From an uncultured virus (IMG/VR IMGVR_UViG_3300035204_001483) (Duplodnaviria; Heunggongvirae; Uroviricota; Caudoviricetes): DNA of 64,000 nucleotides. The notes beneath the pieces are model-generated. The model worked only from the letters and a program-made list of their open reading frames with translations. It was not told the origin of the DNA and did no database searches. The position numbers and the translations under genes are program-made. Where the stretch lies: the IMG/VR virus record IMGVR_UViG_3300035204_001483. The stretch is one strand, 5' to 3'. Position 1 is the stretch's first letter. Every line of letters begins with the position of its first letter. Positions 28,430-37,331 of this stretch are shown here, in pieces.

Positions 28430-29047
28430 ATGGGTTGTATACACGAATGGCCAATCGCAGAGCTAAAAAAGGAACACAATCTAGAGGTAGCTGTCGAGTC
28501 AGGGACCGAGAAGGGCAGTGGCACTATTCATTTAGCTTCTCATAACTTTAAAAAAGTTTACACCATAGAGTTGCTGGAGCATGTATTTAATAGTAATGAC
28601 TTTTCCCATACCCCGAGTATACACGCTCTCTTAGGGAGCTCCATAGATGTTTTGCCAAACATTCTAAAAGAGAACCATGACGTTCCTACCCTTTTTTGGC
28701 TAGATGGTCATTTACCCAGCTTCTATGGACACCCACGGGACGAAAAAACTGAGCGGCCTTTAAAGAAGGAGCTTGAGCTTATCGTTAAAAATAAAAACGC
28801 CTCAAAAGACGTCATCATCATAGACGACTTAAGAATTTACGAAGACGGTTCTTACGCTAACGGAAATTGCGCCCGTTGGGCTATGCCCCCTGAAGAGGAG
28901 CATGGAATAACTTTTATGTATGAGTCATTTAAGGAGACTCACCTTATCGTAAAAGATAATCGTGCAGAAGGCTATTTGATCATGGAGCCTTTGACTCCTT
29001 ACAGTAAGCGCAAAAATCTTCTCAGTTGTCAGGAATTAATAAAATAA
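28430..29047 (+). CDS. SAM-methyltransferase-like protein
   Basis: VESGT..G, TIEL, FWLDGH, IIIDDLR pattern. Confidence 0.55.
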   Translation: MGCIHEWPIAELKKEHNLEVAVESGTEKGSGTIHLASHNFKKVYTIELLEHVFNSNDFSHTPSIHALLGSSIDVLPNILKENHDVPTLFWLDGHLPSFYGHPRDEKTERPLKKELELIVKNKNASKDVIIIDDLRIYEDGSYANGNCARWAMPPEEEHGITFMYESFKETHLIVKDNRAEGYLIMEPLTPYSKRKNLLSCQELIK

Positions 29048-29049
29048 AT

Positions 29050-29832
29050 ATGACAAGAATTCTGTTAACAAGGCTAGGCGGACTTGGAGACCTTCTTTTC
29101 ATAGAGCCAATAATAAGAGCTATCTACGAAAAACATAAACCATGTGAAATTGTTTTTAGAACGTATATAGATTTTTATGATGTGCTTACTCATCACCCGT
29201 TAATTTCTGACGTTGTTTGCGATACTGCGGATTACTATCTGGGGTATTATGATGAGCTAAAACCAAAAGAATCTCCATATTGGCGGGGCATTAATTCATT
29301 TTTTGATTTACATTTTGATTTTCAAGGAGTTTTGGAAAAGGGGGTGAAAAGCCAAGACCCAAGATATGAAATGCCTATGTCTCACGCTATAGCTAAACAT
29401 ATGCTACTAGGTAAAAATATTACTCTAAATTCCATTATCCCCCAAATTCACTTCTCAAAGCAAAACGTGCCTTCTTATAATATCGTAGCCCAACTAAGAG
29501 CTAACGAAGAAGATCGTTGTCTGCATGAAAACAAAGAAATCCTTCAAACTCTATCAAAATACGAAAATTACCATATAATAGGAGAAGAAAAATTAAATTA
29601 CCACGAATTTATAAGCATTATTGATAACTGTAATTTGTTTATAGGTACAGAAAGTTGTGGTACGCTCATAGCTAGAGGTCTCAACAAGCAAACGATAGGG
29701 TTTTACACCAATAATAGCAGAAAAAACATATTATCTTTCGATAAAGTAACCCAGCTAACCTTCAACCAAACACACAAGCTAGAGGAGGCCATAGACTCTT
29801 ATGAATCAGTTCAAACGACTAAACTTATTTAA
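29050..29832 (+). CDS. Glycosyltransferase family 9-like
   Basis: RLGGLGDLLF and FIGTESC motifs. Confidence 0.7.
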   Translation: MTRILLTRLGGLGDLLFIEPIIRAIYEKHKPCEIVFRTYIDFYDVLTHHPLISDVVCDTADYYLGYYDELKPKESPYWRGINSFFDLHFDFQGVLEKGVKSQDPRYEMPMSHAIAKHMLLGKNITLNSIIPQIHFSKQNVPSYNIVAQLRANEEDRCLHENKEILQTLSKYENYHIIGEEKLNYHEFISIIDNCNLFIGTESCGTLIARGLNKQTIGFYTNNSRKNILSFDKVTQLTFNQTHKLEEAIDSYESVQTTKLI

Positions 29833-30262
29833 TAATGACGAAAAGCTCGTTTTCTTTCAACGATGCCAAGACCTATTAATTAAGAATCAGCCCGAAAGTG
29901 AGTTCATACTTACTCAAAAAACTACAAACAAAAATTACTTTCTCGATTTGTTTTTGAGGTATCAAGGGTTTGCTTATTGCTCCGAAAACATAGCCTTGCT
30001 CATAAACAAAAAAAAGTACGACTCCAAGGAAGAAGCTCTAAATTCATATATGGAAAATTTATTCACCCCGCCAGATGAAGATGCTAATTGTTACACAATA
30101 GACTTTGTTTCAACGGTTATGACTGCCGACTTAATTGAGGAGGTTAGGCCATTTTTTCACGAAAAATTAAAATACATCAGTTGGCTTAGGAATGGTAAGG
30201 CGAGTTTCTACGAATTTGCCCACTATAAAAACCTTATACTTGAAAAGTTCGGACCTAAATGA
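29801..30262 (+). CDS. Hypothetical protein
   Basis: 153-aa ORF overlapping the previous gene. Confidence 0.55.
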   Translation: MNQFKRLNLFNNDEKLVFFQRCQDLLIKNQPESEFILTQKTTNKNYFLDLFLRYQGFAYCSENIALLINKKKYDSKEEALNSYMENLFTPPDEDANCYTIDFVSTVMTADLIEEVRPFFHEKLKYISWLRNGKASFYEFAHYKNLILEKFGPK

Positions 30263-30352
30263 AGAATTGCCCCAACTGTGGTTATTGCATAGCTAAAAAA
30301 TACTTTCAATGCCCTCGATGTGGCCTTTGGGTTGCTCAGTTATATTTTAATT

Positions 30353-30694
30353 TTATTTTAATTGGCCGCTTTGTTTTAAAATCTCCAAGAGTTTCAGGTT
30401 ATTTATTTCCGACGCTCTTTTCTCCATGTAAAGAAAGACGTTTATAGCGAGGCTCACCCCCAGTGCTCCCGACAGCAAGTATAACGTTGCTACCTTACAA
30501 AATTCTTTAATTTTTCCTAATGGAAAAGCTCCGCAACTCATTTTTTTCCTTACAGTTTGAGGTTTTAATGTCTGTTTTTGTTTTTTCTTTGGTTTTGGAT
30601 GCCAGTCACCATCCCTAAGCTCAAATTCTCCGCTTTCTCGCGCCCTCGGAGAAAGCCTCCATTTGCCATTTATGAAATCTACTTTCTTACTCAC
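30353..30694 (-). CDS. Hypothetical membrane-anchored protein
   Basis: One hydrophobic segment; follows phoH. Confidence 0.5.
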   Translation of the reverse strand: MSKKVDFINGKWRLSPRARESGEFELRDGDWHPKPKKKQKQTLKPQTVRKKMSCGAFPLGKIKEFCKVATLYLLSGALGVSLAINVFLYMEKRASEINNLKLLEILKQSGQLK

Positions 30695-30695
30695 T

Positions 30696-31451
30696 TTAAT
30701 TTATGTGTTTTAATTTCTTTACAAGGAACTTAACAAGCTCTGATCGCATGACGTCTTCTTCATCGAATTGGAAAGTGTAAATTCCGTTTTCCATACTTTC
30801 CTGATCGTCCTTAAATAAATCGTGCATTTTAACAAAACCGCTCTTTGTCCCGTGTAGGTCAGTTTGCATGGGATCAGCCAGAACAAAACACTTAGACCCC
30901 GCCCCTAACCGTGTCAGAATGGTCGTAATTTCCTTTGTGGTGCAGTTTTGCGCTTCATCCATGATAATACACTTGTTGGTCCAGTTAACGCCTCTAGCGA
31001 AGTTTACGGGGAACATTGATATTCTGTTTTCTTTTTCCAAACGTTCCGTGGTCGTTTCTGGAAGTAGCTCATCAAGCTTTTCTAATAATGGAATCTTATA
31101 ATAAGACAGTTTGTCATCTGCATTCCCCGGCAAATATCCGAGTCTTTGGTCAGACGATTCTACCGATGATCTCAAATACATAACGTCAGAGATACATTTC
31201 ATGTTTAGCATCTGAAGACCGCAATATACCGACAGTAAAGTTTTACTGGTTCCCGCTGGTCCATTAACAAAAACGATGCTTGTTTGTGGATGCAAGGCTA
31301 TTTTAAAGAAGTTCTTCTGTTTCTCGGTCCAAGGAAAATTTTTAACCTTAATTCGTCTTTTTAACGGGTTGGGGTTGAAATTGTTTTGGATGGATTCTTC
31401 AATTTGGTTAGCTATATCCTTATTTTTGTCTTGGGAGCTTTTTCTGCTCAT
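30696..31451 (-). CDS. phoH: PhoH-family ATPase
   Basis: GPAGTSKT, LGYLPG, FARG, IMDEAQN, LTRLG, DPMQTD, VMRSELVK. Confidence 0.92.
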   Translation of the reverse strand: MSRKSSQDKNKDIANQIEESIQNNFNPNPLKRRIKVKNFPWTEKQKNFFKIALHPQTSIVFVNGPAGTSKTLLSVYCGLQMLNMKCISDVMYLRSSVESSDQRLGYLPGNADDKLSYYKIPLLEKLDELLPETTTERLEKENRISMFPVNFARGVNWTNKCIIMDEAQNCTTKEITTILTRLGAGSKCFVLADPMQTDLHGTKSGFVKMHDLFKDDQESMENGIYTFQFDEEDVMRSELVKFLVKKLKHIN

Positions 31452-31609
31452 TCTTTCACCTCTGTTTTTTATTACACGCAGAAACAGGGTTAGATTGCTC
31501 TTCTTTTGTTTGCGGGTCTAATTTAATGCAAATAAAAACTTTAAAATATATACCTTTCGGGGATTTTTTCGTCCTTGACTTTTTTTTAGCTATATGTCAT
31601 ACTCCTTGT

Positions 31610-31813
31610 ATGAGAAAACCTAAGTTACACTTACATCTCAGAGTTCACGGAGAAGACGTCATTATTGATTACAAAAACGAAGACGTAATCTTTCCTAATA
31701 GGCCAGAAGAAGCAGACAAATTAAGATTCAACAAAATTGCCGCGATTTCTTCATACCTTAAAGAAGAAGGATTTTTAGATCATCTCCCCAACGAAGTAAT
31801 CGAAGCACCCTAA
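31610..31813 (+). CDS. Hypothetical early protein
   Basis: TTGACT (31575)-17-CATACT (31598) promoter places the start at ATG 31610. Confidence 0.6.
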   Translation: MRKPKLHLHLRVHGEDVIIDYKNEDVIFPNRPEEADKLRFNKIAAISSYLKEEGFLDHLPNEVIEAP

Positions 31814-31821
31814 ATAAGATT

Positions 31822-32028
31822 ATGAACGAACAATTACCACATTACTCACTAAGGTATGTTACATCTAAAGGTGAAGAAAAAGACTACAAAATCAGTCGCC
31901 CTTTTGACTTGTTAAAAGACGACAAAGGTCTAAACGTGGGCATCGTTGCTTATTGTTACGGCAAAGGCATACGCTCTTTTCGACACGAACGAATTCTAAA
32001 AATGGAACCGACAAAAATTCGTCTTTAA
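31822..32028 (+). CDS. Small WYL/Sm-like-fold protein
   Basis: LRYVTSKGE..AYC..IRSFRHERI resembles the WYL R(S/T)FR..RI motif. Confidence 0.5.
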   Translation: MNEQLPHYSLRYVTSKGEEKDYKISRPFDLLKDDKGLNVGIVAYCYGKGIRSFRHERILKMEPTKIRL

Positions 32029-32404
32029 TGCGACTGAAAGGTTTGGTCTCGGGGAGACTGAAAAATACCTCCCCCCCCTCGCCTCACGAATTCAATTTGA
32101 TCCGTTATTCGAAAAATAGGGCGGGCCTATTAAAATCGCAAAAAAATCGCCTAGTTCGGGAGCATGGAAGCTAAAATGAAGAGCCAGAAGGTGCCGCAGA
32201 CGATATTCCATAATGTAATGTCTTTTTTCATGTGTTTTTCTTTAAGTTTGCCACTTCGTAGAGCGCAAACCGACTAAACGGATCGGTCAAGCGAAAAAAT
32301 AGACCTTTTTTACACGAAAAGGCTTCTGAAAGCCGCAGCGGCGTTCCTAACCCCTAAAAAAAGTGTTGACAGGTCGGTATTTAGTCGATTATCCTATTCG
32401 GGAG

Positions 32405-32626
32405 ATGAAAAAACCTACTCGTTACCAAATCGGATGCCTGTATAAGGTCAAAGACCCTGATTCGCTCTGCGGTTATCAAATCGGACGTGCGAAAAGCGTA
32501 GAAAATGATGTGTGGACGCTCGAATCTTACGACGGTTCGACTTTTACCGTTCCCGCGAGTAAACTCCGCGTGGCAAAGAAGAAACAAATGAAGGAATTCA
32601 ATATAGTACGCACAGCGTACGCCTAA
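32405..32626 (+). CDS. Early cassette protein
   Basis: MKKPTRY.. starts just after the promoter; the track start lies inside the promoter. Confidence 0.7.
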   Translation: MKKPTRYQIGCLYKVKDPDSLCGYQIGRAKSVENDVWTLESYDGSTFTVPASKLRVAKKKQMKEFNIVRTAYA

Positions 32627-32729
32627 AAGCGTCGCTTCCGACCCAAAAGGGGTTACGGAAACCGCTGCGGTCTTCCAAACCCCTAAAAAAAGTGTTGACA
32701 GACTGATATTTTGGCTCTAGGATTCTCCC

Positions 32730-32939
32730 ATGAGTGAAACCTACGAACCTAATTCAGAAACCCCACTTAGCGCGAGCCTTGACGCGAAGCTTGACGCCGA
32801 ATTCGACGCCAGCACCATAAACTTGTTTAAAGCGCAAGTGGATGTGCTCGCTGACGAACATTTCACCGTCATCGATGAACTCTGTTACGAGGAAAACGAA
32901 AACGAAGACAGCTTCATGGATGGGCTCCGTGAAGAGTAA
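32730..32939 (+). CDS. Acidic MSETY-family early peptide
   Basis: Leaderless start; LDAK..EFDAST(I/L)NLF shared with 33636..33824. Confidence 0.75.
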   Translation: MSETYEPNSETPLSASLDAKLDAEFDASTINLFKAQVDVLADEHFTVIDELCYEENENEDSFMDGLREE

Positions 32940-33031
32940 TAACACATAAGGGGTTCGTCACCCCGCTGCGCGTTTCGTAACCCCTAAAATAATGCTTGAC
33001 GAATCGATATTTCCAAGCTACTATTTTCCCC

Positions 33032-33192
33032 AGTTAAGCGATGGCTGACTGGTTCCCGCCTAGAATTATCGCGGCACCGCCCCTCGTATGTCGTCGGGTG
33101 TAGATGCGAAAAAGTGCCTTAAGAACGCGGCCCAACATCGCTTTGGCTTCGCCTTCCCTAATGGTGGCGGTTCGACTCCGTGAGAACCATTA
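33032..33192 (+). ncRNA. Putative structured ncRNA occupying one cassette
   Basis: Promoter 32996/33019 with AGT instead of ATG at the usual start. Stems AAGCGATG/CATCGCTT, GGCAC/GTGCC, TAATGGT/ACCATTA; T-loop GGTTCGACTCC at 33169-33179. Confidence 0.5.
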
Positions 33193-33275
33193 AGGGGTAG
33201 CGCGAAGCGCAGCGGCTTTTCGAACCCCTAAAATGATGCTTGACAAATTGGTATTTGACAAGTATTATTCTCTAC

Positions 33276-33347
33276 ATGGAACCGATAGCAGGAATCCTAT
33301 TCGCGTACGTTATGACTCGCCTCGTGTATGGGTCTTTTAACAACTAA
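33276..33347 (+). CDS. 23-aa hydrophobic peptide MEPIAGILFAYVMTRLVYGSFNN
   Basis: Leaderless ATG after TTGACA-17-TATTAT. Confidence 0.55.
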   Translation: MEPIAGILFAYVMTRLVYGSFNN

Positions 33348-33362
33348 AAAAACCTACTAAAT

Positions 33363-33461
33363 ATGAAAAAAATTAATTGGGATATGTTTCTCGCAGCCTT
33401 TCAAACTGGCTTTATTCTTACCGCACTAGGCTTTGCCTTAATCGCCTTAGCATTAACGTAG
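33363..33461 (+). CDS. 32-aa membrane peptide MKKINWDMFLAAFQTGFILTALGFALIALALT
   Basis: Follows AAACCTACTAA box; one TM-like segment. Confidence 0.55.
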   Translation: MKKINWDMFLAAFQTGFILTALGFALIALALT

Positions 33462-33635
33462 TCCGTACTGCGTAATTTTTTTGAAATGAAAAAAAAGTTA
33501 CCCCCCTCCCCCCCTGTCGAATAAATACGGGGGGGATACGGGGGAGTAGCATAAGGGGTCACTGAAGCCGCAGCGCGTTTCGTAACCCCTAAAATAATTC
33601 TTGACGGATGGGTATTTATGCCGTAAGTTTCTCCC

Positions 33636-33824
33636 ATGAGTGAAACCTACGACCACCATAATCCTAACCTGGACGCCAAGTGTGACTTGGAGTTCGACGC
33701 CAGCACCCTCAACCTGTTTGAAGAGACCATCCAAGTGATGACTCTCGAAGGTGTGGAAGAAACCCCCGACGAACTCGAAGTAGTGCCATTCCGTCATTAC
33801 TACGATGAGCTTTTTGATGAATAG
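33636..33824 (+). CDS. Acidic MSETY-family early peptide
   Basis: Leaderless start; paralog of 32730..32939. Confidence 0.75.
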   Translation: MSETYDHHNPNLDAKCDLEFDASTLNLFEETIQVMTLEGVEETPDELEVVPFRHYYDELFDE

Positions 33825-33927
33825 CTAACACGCTCCAGACCCGAAGGGGTCACTGGGGCCGCTGCGCGTTTCGTAACCCCTAAAATAATGCTTGACGAAT
33901 CGATATTTCAGCCGTACTATTTCCCCA

Positions 33928-34194
33928 ATGAATGACCTACTGTTCAACCTTGTCCGTTTCTTTGTTCGCCGCTCTCAAGTCCTGCGCCCTGTGGTGCGTG
34001 CAGTCATGCCGCATGAGTGGCAGTGGTCTTTCAGTAGCTGGGTCTTTAGCCGTTCTCATGGCCCTGCCCACAGGTGGCCCAACTCTCGTTGGGTTAACCT
34101 CGTGTGCCACCGCCTTTACTGGCTCACCAATCTCAGGGGCGAAGACCCCACATATGGGTGGTGGTGGCGAGCTAAACGACGATTAGGTTTTTAA
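33928..34194 (+). CDS. Trp/Arg-rich early cassette protein
   Basis: Leaderless ATG; the stop codon overlaps the next element. Confidence 0.65.
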   Translation: MNDLLFNLVRFFVRRSQVLRPVVRAVMPHEWQWSFSSWVFSRSHGPAHRWPNSRWVNLVCHRLYWLTNLRGEDPTYGWWWRAKRRLGF

Positions 34195-34276
34195 GGGGTT
34201 AGTCACCCCGCTGCGCGTTTCGTAACCCCTAAAATAATGCTTGACGAATCGATATTTAAGCCGTACTATTCTCCCA

Positions 34277-34378
34277 ATGAACGACGACTTCAGAGATATT
34301 TACTTTGTTCTTATTGTCGGTATCGTATCATTTGTGGTGATACTAGCAACGGGCATTTACATCGAATCTATATCATGA
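34277..34378 (+). CDS. 33-aa membrane peptide MNDDFRDIYFVLIVGIVSFVVILATGIYIESIS
   Basis: Leaderless ATG; ATGA-coupled to 34375. Confidence 0.6.
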   Translation: MNDDFRDIYFVLIVGIVSFVVILATGIYIESIS

Positions 34379-34539
34379 AAAATAAAAACCTAACACGTAA
34401 AGAAATCCAGCAACTCAACGAACAAGATGCTAAAGTTAAGTGGTATCTTGAATTAACCATTGCGGCGTGCTTGGGTGCGGCCCTTGCTTTGAGCTTTGTA
34501 GTAGCTCACTGTATGCTCACCACTGAATGGACTTGGTAA
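34375..34539 (+). CDS. 54-aa membrane peptide
   Basis: ATGA overlap; TM-like C-terminal segment. Confidence 0.6.
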   Translation: MKNKNLTRKEIQQLNEQDAKVKWYLELTIAACLGAALALSFVVAHCMLTTEWTW

Positions 34540-34630
34540 AAGTGTGAAAGGGGTTCGCCACCCCGCTGCGCGTTTCGTAACCCCTACGATTCTGCTTGAC
34601 GGATCGATATTTAAGCCGTACTATTTCCCC

Positions 34631-34891
34631 ATGAGCAAGGTCAGAATGAACGTAGTTGGAACCACTAGGGAAATGAACATGGCAGCAGCCCAGTGCTGTG
34701 AGACATTCAATAAAGCCGTTATGAAATTTCGGGCTTTACAGTACGCTAATGACATGGGTACGGGCGGGCCTGATTTTGATGAATTAGAGAAATTCTTTAT
34801 CGAAAAGCAAGGATTATACGATTACCTAGAAAAGGGGTTCAATGTAGCGTGTGCCTCTGACCAAGAGGCTGGAGTAATCCCAAAGAAATAA
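34631..34891 (+). CDS. Early cassette protein
   Basis: Leaderless ATG; the stop codon overlaps the next element. Confidence 0.7.
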   Translation: MSKVRMNVVGTTREMNMAAAQCCETFNKAVMKFRALQYANDMGTGGPDFDELEKFFIEKQGLYDYLEKGFNVACASDQEAGVIPKK

Positions 34892-34972
34892 GGGGTTCAT
34901 AACCCCGCTGCGCGTTTCGTAACCCCTACGATTCTTCTTGACGAATCGATATTTAAGCCGTACTATTTCCCT

Positions 34973-35119
34973 ATGAGTATTGACCCTTATAGCGAGATGA
35001 CCTCCGAAGACCACGACGACATGTGTGCATGGTTCGATGACATGCGGCTCGATGAGCCTGTGTGTGATGATCCTGGTCTCCGGTGCAACTGTGAAGACTA
35101 CCCATGCTGTGGTCACTAA
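34973..35119 (+). CDS. 48-aa acidic peptide ending RCNCEDYPCCGH
   Basis: Leaderless ATG; paralog of 36388..36540; not in the ORF track. Confidence 0.75.
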   Translation: MSIDPYSEMTSEDHDDMCAWFDDMRLDEPVCDDPGLRCNCEDYPCCGH

Positions 35120-35178
35120 AGGGGTTCGCCACCCCGCAGCGGCCCCCGCAACCCCTTTGGGTTACGAGGACGCTGTGC

Positions 35179-35478
35179 CTACTGTATTTGTAATTGAGAA
35201 GGCGGGTTTGTAGCTAACCCCACTGGCAGCGGTGGCAATGGCGGAAGGCTCATTTTTACCGTTTGAGGGATAGGGGGAGCAATCGGAATCGCTACCACAC
35301 GAGCCTCTTCAAAAGAGAGTCGGAGGATAGGCATCGCAGCCTTGATTTGATAAAGGCGATAGGCTTCAGCCTTCGCCTTCTCATGAGTCACGCCCAATTT
35401 TTTTTGGGCTTTGATGTGGTTGGTTACTTGCGCGGCCTTGACCGCGTTACGAGCTTGATAAGTTTTGTAGGTCTTCAT
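35179..35478 (-). CDS. Early cassette protein with Pro-rich tail (inverted cassette)
   Basis: Minus promoter TTGACA (35517)-17-TACATT; start MKTYKTY. Confidence 0.65.
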   Translation of the reverse strand: MKTYKTYQARNAVKAAQVTNHIKAQKKLGVTHEKAKAEAYRLYQIKAAMPILRLSFEEARVVAIPIAPPIPQTVKMSLPPLPPLPVGLATNPPSQLQIQ

Positions 35479-35584
35479 TACGAGAAAGAATGTACAAGAA
35501 AAAGAGTTAACTGTCAAGGGAATTCGTAAGCCGCAGCGGCCCCTGCAACCCCTTCGGGTCGCAAGGGTGAGATGATATTTACAC

Positions 35585-35968
35585 TTAACAAGGGTCATAT
35601 TCTGGCACGCCCGCCTCCTGGACTTCCTCACTAAACGAACGGTCATTGCCTACGATTTCGCGAATTTCCTTTTCCACAAACGCCCGAAAGCCTTTATCCT
35701 GGTCGCAGTAACTCCATTCAATCTGCCCCAGGTCTATCCACTTGCCGCCCATGTTGGCTGAAACGTTAAAATGAAAAATGCTTATATCCTCAATTGCAAT
35801 GTCGGTCAATTCCATACCGACCCGATGGGTGGCTGGCCCTTGCGGCCCCTCATAATCGAAATCGCCATTTTCCCAGCAAGGGTCATATTCAAGCTCTCCA
35901 AAAACATACAAGAAGGTTGAATCGTTCAGCTTGATTTCTACATCCTCGAATTGATAGGTGTCACTCAT
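35585..35968 (-). CDS. Acidic early cassette protein (inverted cassette)
   Basis: TTGACA-17-TACCTT, leaderless MSDTY start. Confidence 0.7.
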   Translation of the reverse strand: MSDTYQFEDVEIKLNDSTFLYVFGELEYDPCWENGDFDYEGPQGPATHRVGMELTDIAIEDISIFHFNVSANMGGKWIDLGQIEWSYCDQDKGFRAFVEKEIREIVGNDRSFSEEVQEAGVPEYDPC

Positions 35969-36085
35969 GGGAATAAGGTACACGAACCCTGTGACGTTGT
36001 CAAGGGGTTTCTTAGGCCGCTGCGCGTTTCGTAACCCCTAAAAAAGTGCTTGACGGATGGGTATTTGGGCAGTACTATTTTCCCC

Positions 36086-36301
36086 ATGAGTGAAACCTAC
36101 AACGACCCTAATTCCAACCTCGACCCCCAAAGCTCTGATGATCGCCTTGCCAAAATCGGCTCAGAGGAGTATTACGATGAGAAGCCTGATTTCTCCTCAT
36201 CTACAATAGCCTATGATGGCTTTGAAGGCTGCTGGCCTGGTGACGGGTCTGGCATGGATGACCTAGCAGACTTTAATCAGATGGAGGGCGACGACTATTA
36301 A
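36086..36301 (+). CDS. Acidic MSETY-start early peptide
   Basis: Leaderless ATG; PNSNLD resembles 33636. Confidence 0.7.
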   Translation: MSETYNDPNSNLDPQSSDDRLAKIGSEEYYDEKPDFSSSTIAYDGFEGCWPGDGSGMDDLADFNQMEGDDY

Positions 36302-36387
36302 CATAAGGGGTTCGTCACCCCGCTGCGCGTTTCGTAACCCCTACGATTCTGCTTGACGGATCGATATTTAAGCCGTACTATTTCCCC

Positions 36388-36540
36388 ATGAGTAAAGACC
36401 CTTATAGTGAAATGACCGACCAAGACCATGCCGAAATGAGCGAATGGTTTGATGAAAGAGAGCAAGCTTTTTGGGATGATGGTGGCCCAGATAACTACTC
36501 ACGTTGCAACTGCGAAGACTACCCGTGCTGTGGTCACTAA
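36388..36540 (+). CDS. 50-aa acidic peptide ending RCNCEDYPCCGH
   Basis: Leaderless ATG; paralog of 34973..35119. Confidence 0.75.
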   Translation: MSKDPYSEMTDQDHAEMSEWFDEREQAFWDDGGPDNYSRCNCEDYPCCGH

Positions 36541-36624
36541 AGGGGTTCGCCACCCCGCTGCGAGTTTCGTGGTCCCTAAAGTAGGGCTTGACAAACCGAT
36601 ATTTAGAGCGTACTATTTCCCTAC

Positions 36625-36903
36625 ATGAAACCTAGAAACATAATCAGCAACGATGGGACAGGCCCATGCGCCGAAGGCGAGCCTTTCACCGTGCATCAAC
36701 ATATCATCACTAAAAACCATTGGGAGTATTATCTAGAAGAGACAGACAGTTGCGGCTTGTCCTTTGGCTATGTGATGGGCAACGAAAACGAATGGGGCAT
36801 GGTAGACATGGAAGAGATTGAGCCTCACGTCATAGGTAGAGCAAGGGAAAATGACTTGTGGCACATCATGCCACCTGAAGGCTATCGTTGGGAAGATGAA
36901 TAA
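36625..36903 (+). CDS. DUF2958-like early protein
   Basis: WEYYLEE..FGYVMGNENEWGMVDMEEI pattern. Confidence 0.55.
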   Translation: MKPRNIISNDGTGPCAEGEPFTVHQHIITKNHWEYYLEETDSCGLSFGYVMGNENEWGMVDMEEIEPHVIGRARENDLWHIMPPEGYRWEDE

Positions 36904-36984
36904 GGGGTTTGCCACCCCGCTGCGCGTTTCGTGACCCCTACTAATACGCTTGACAAACCGATATTTATATCATACTATTTCCCC

Positions 36985-37269
36985 ATGGAAGGCGAGAAAT
37001 TCTTACTTTACTCTAATAGGAAAACCAATAGGCACGTTTTCACTTACATTAACCCTGAAGGCAAGGAGCACACCATTGATTCTGACGTGCTGACTGAAAC
37101 GTATGGTGAAGATTGGAAATGGAAGCTTTCGGGTCATCACGCTATTGTTCGGGCTGCTCACAATGATGTTGTAGATCAAGAATCATGGGATGAACTACTT
37201 CGCATCCCGTGGATGAAAGTTAATGAAATGTGGGACAAAGACGAACCACCACCGTGGATGAAGGAGTAA
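36985..37269 (+). CDS. Early cassette protein
   Basis: Leaderless ATG; the stop codon overlaps the next element. Confidence 0.65.
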   Translation: MEGEKFLLYSNRKTNRHVFTYINPEGKEHTIDSDVLTETYGEDWKWKLSGHHAIVRAAHNDVVDQESWDELLRIPWMKVNEMWDKDEPPPWMKE

Positions 37270-37331
37270 GGGGTTACTAACCCCGCTGCCGCTTCCGCAA
37301 CCCTTTCGGGTTACAGGAACGAGGCCGTATT

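Larger units (their letters stand above)
32366..36978 (+). promoter_or_regulatory. 13 plus-strand sigma70-type early promoters, each 10 bp right of a 37-bp element
   Basis: -35 TTGAC(A/G) at 32366, 32695, 32996, 33240, 33601, 33892, 34241, 34596, 34938, 36050, 36353, 36588, 36950. -10 mostly TACTAT at 17 bp (18 bp for the first); ATG 6-9 nt after the -10 except in the ncRNA cassette. Confidence 0.88.

Noticed and set aside
33050..33190. Canonical tRNA
   Set aside because: A T-loop is present but there is no D-arm/anticodon cloverleaf of proper length; kept as a putative ncRNA.
32363..36985. Track starts at TTG/GTG inside the repeats (32363, 33892, 34237, 34544, 36050, 36931)
   Set aside because: These extensions translate the promoter or element itself; the ATG just after the -10 is the consistent start.
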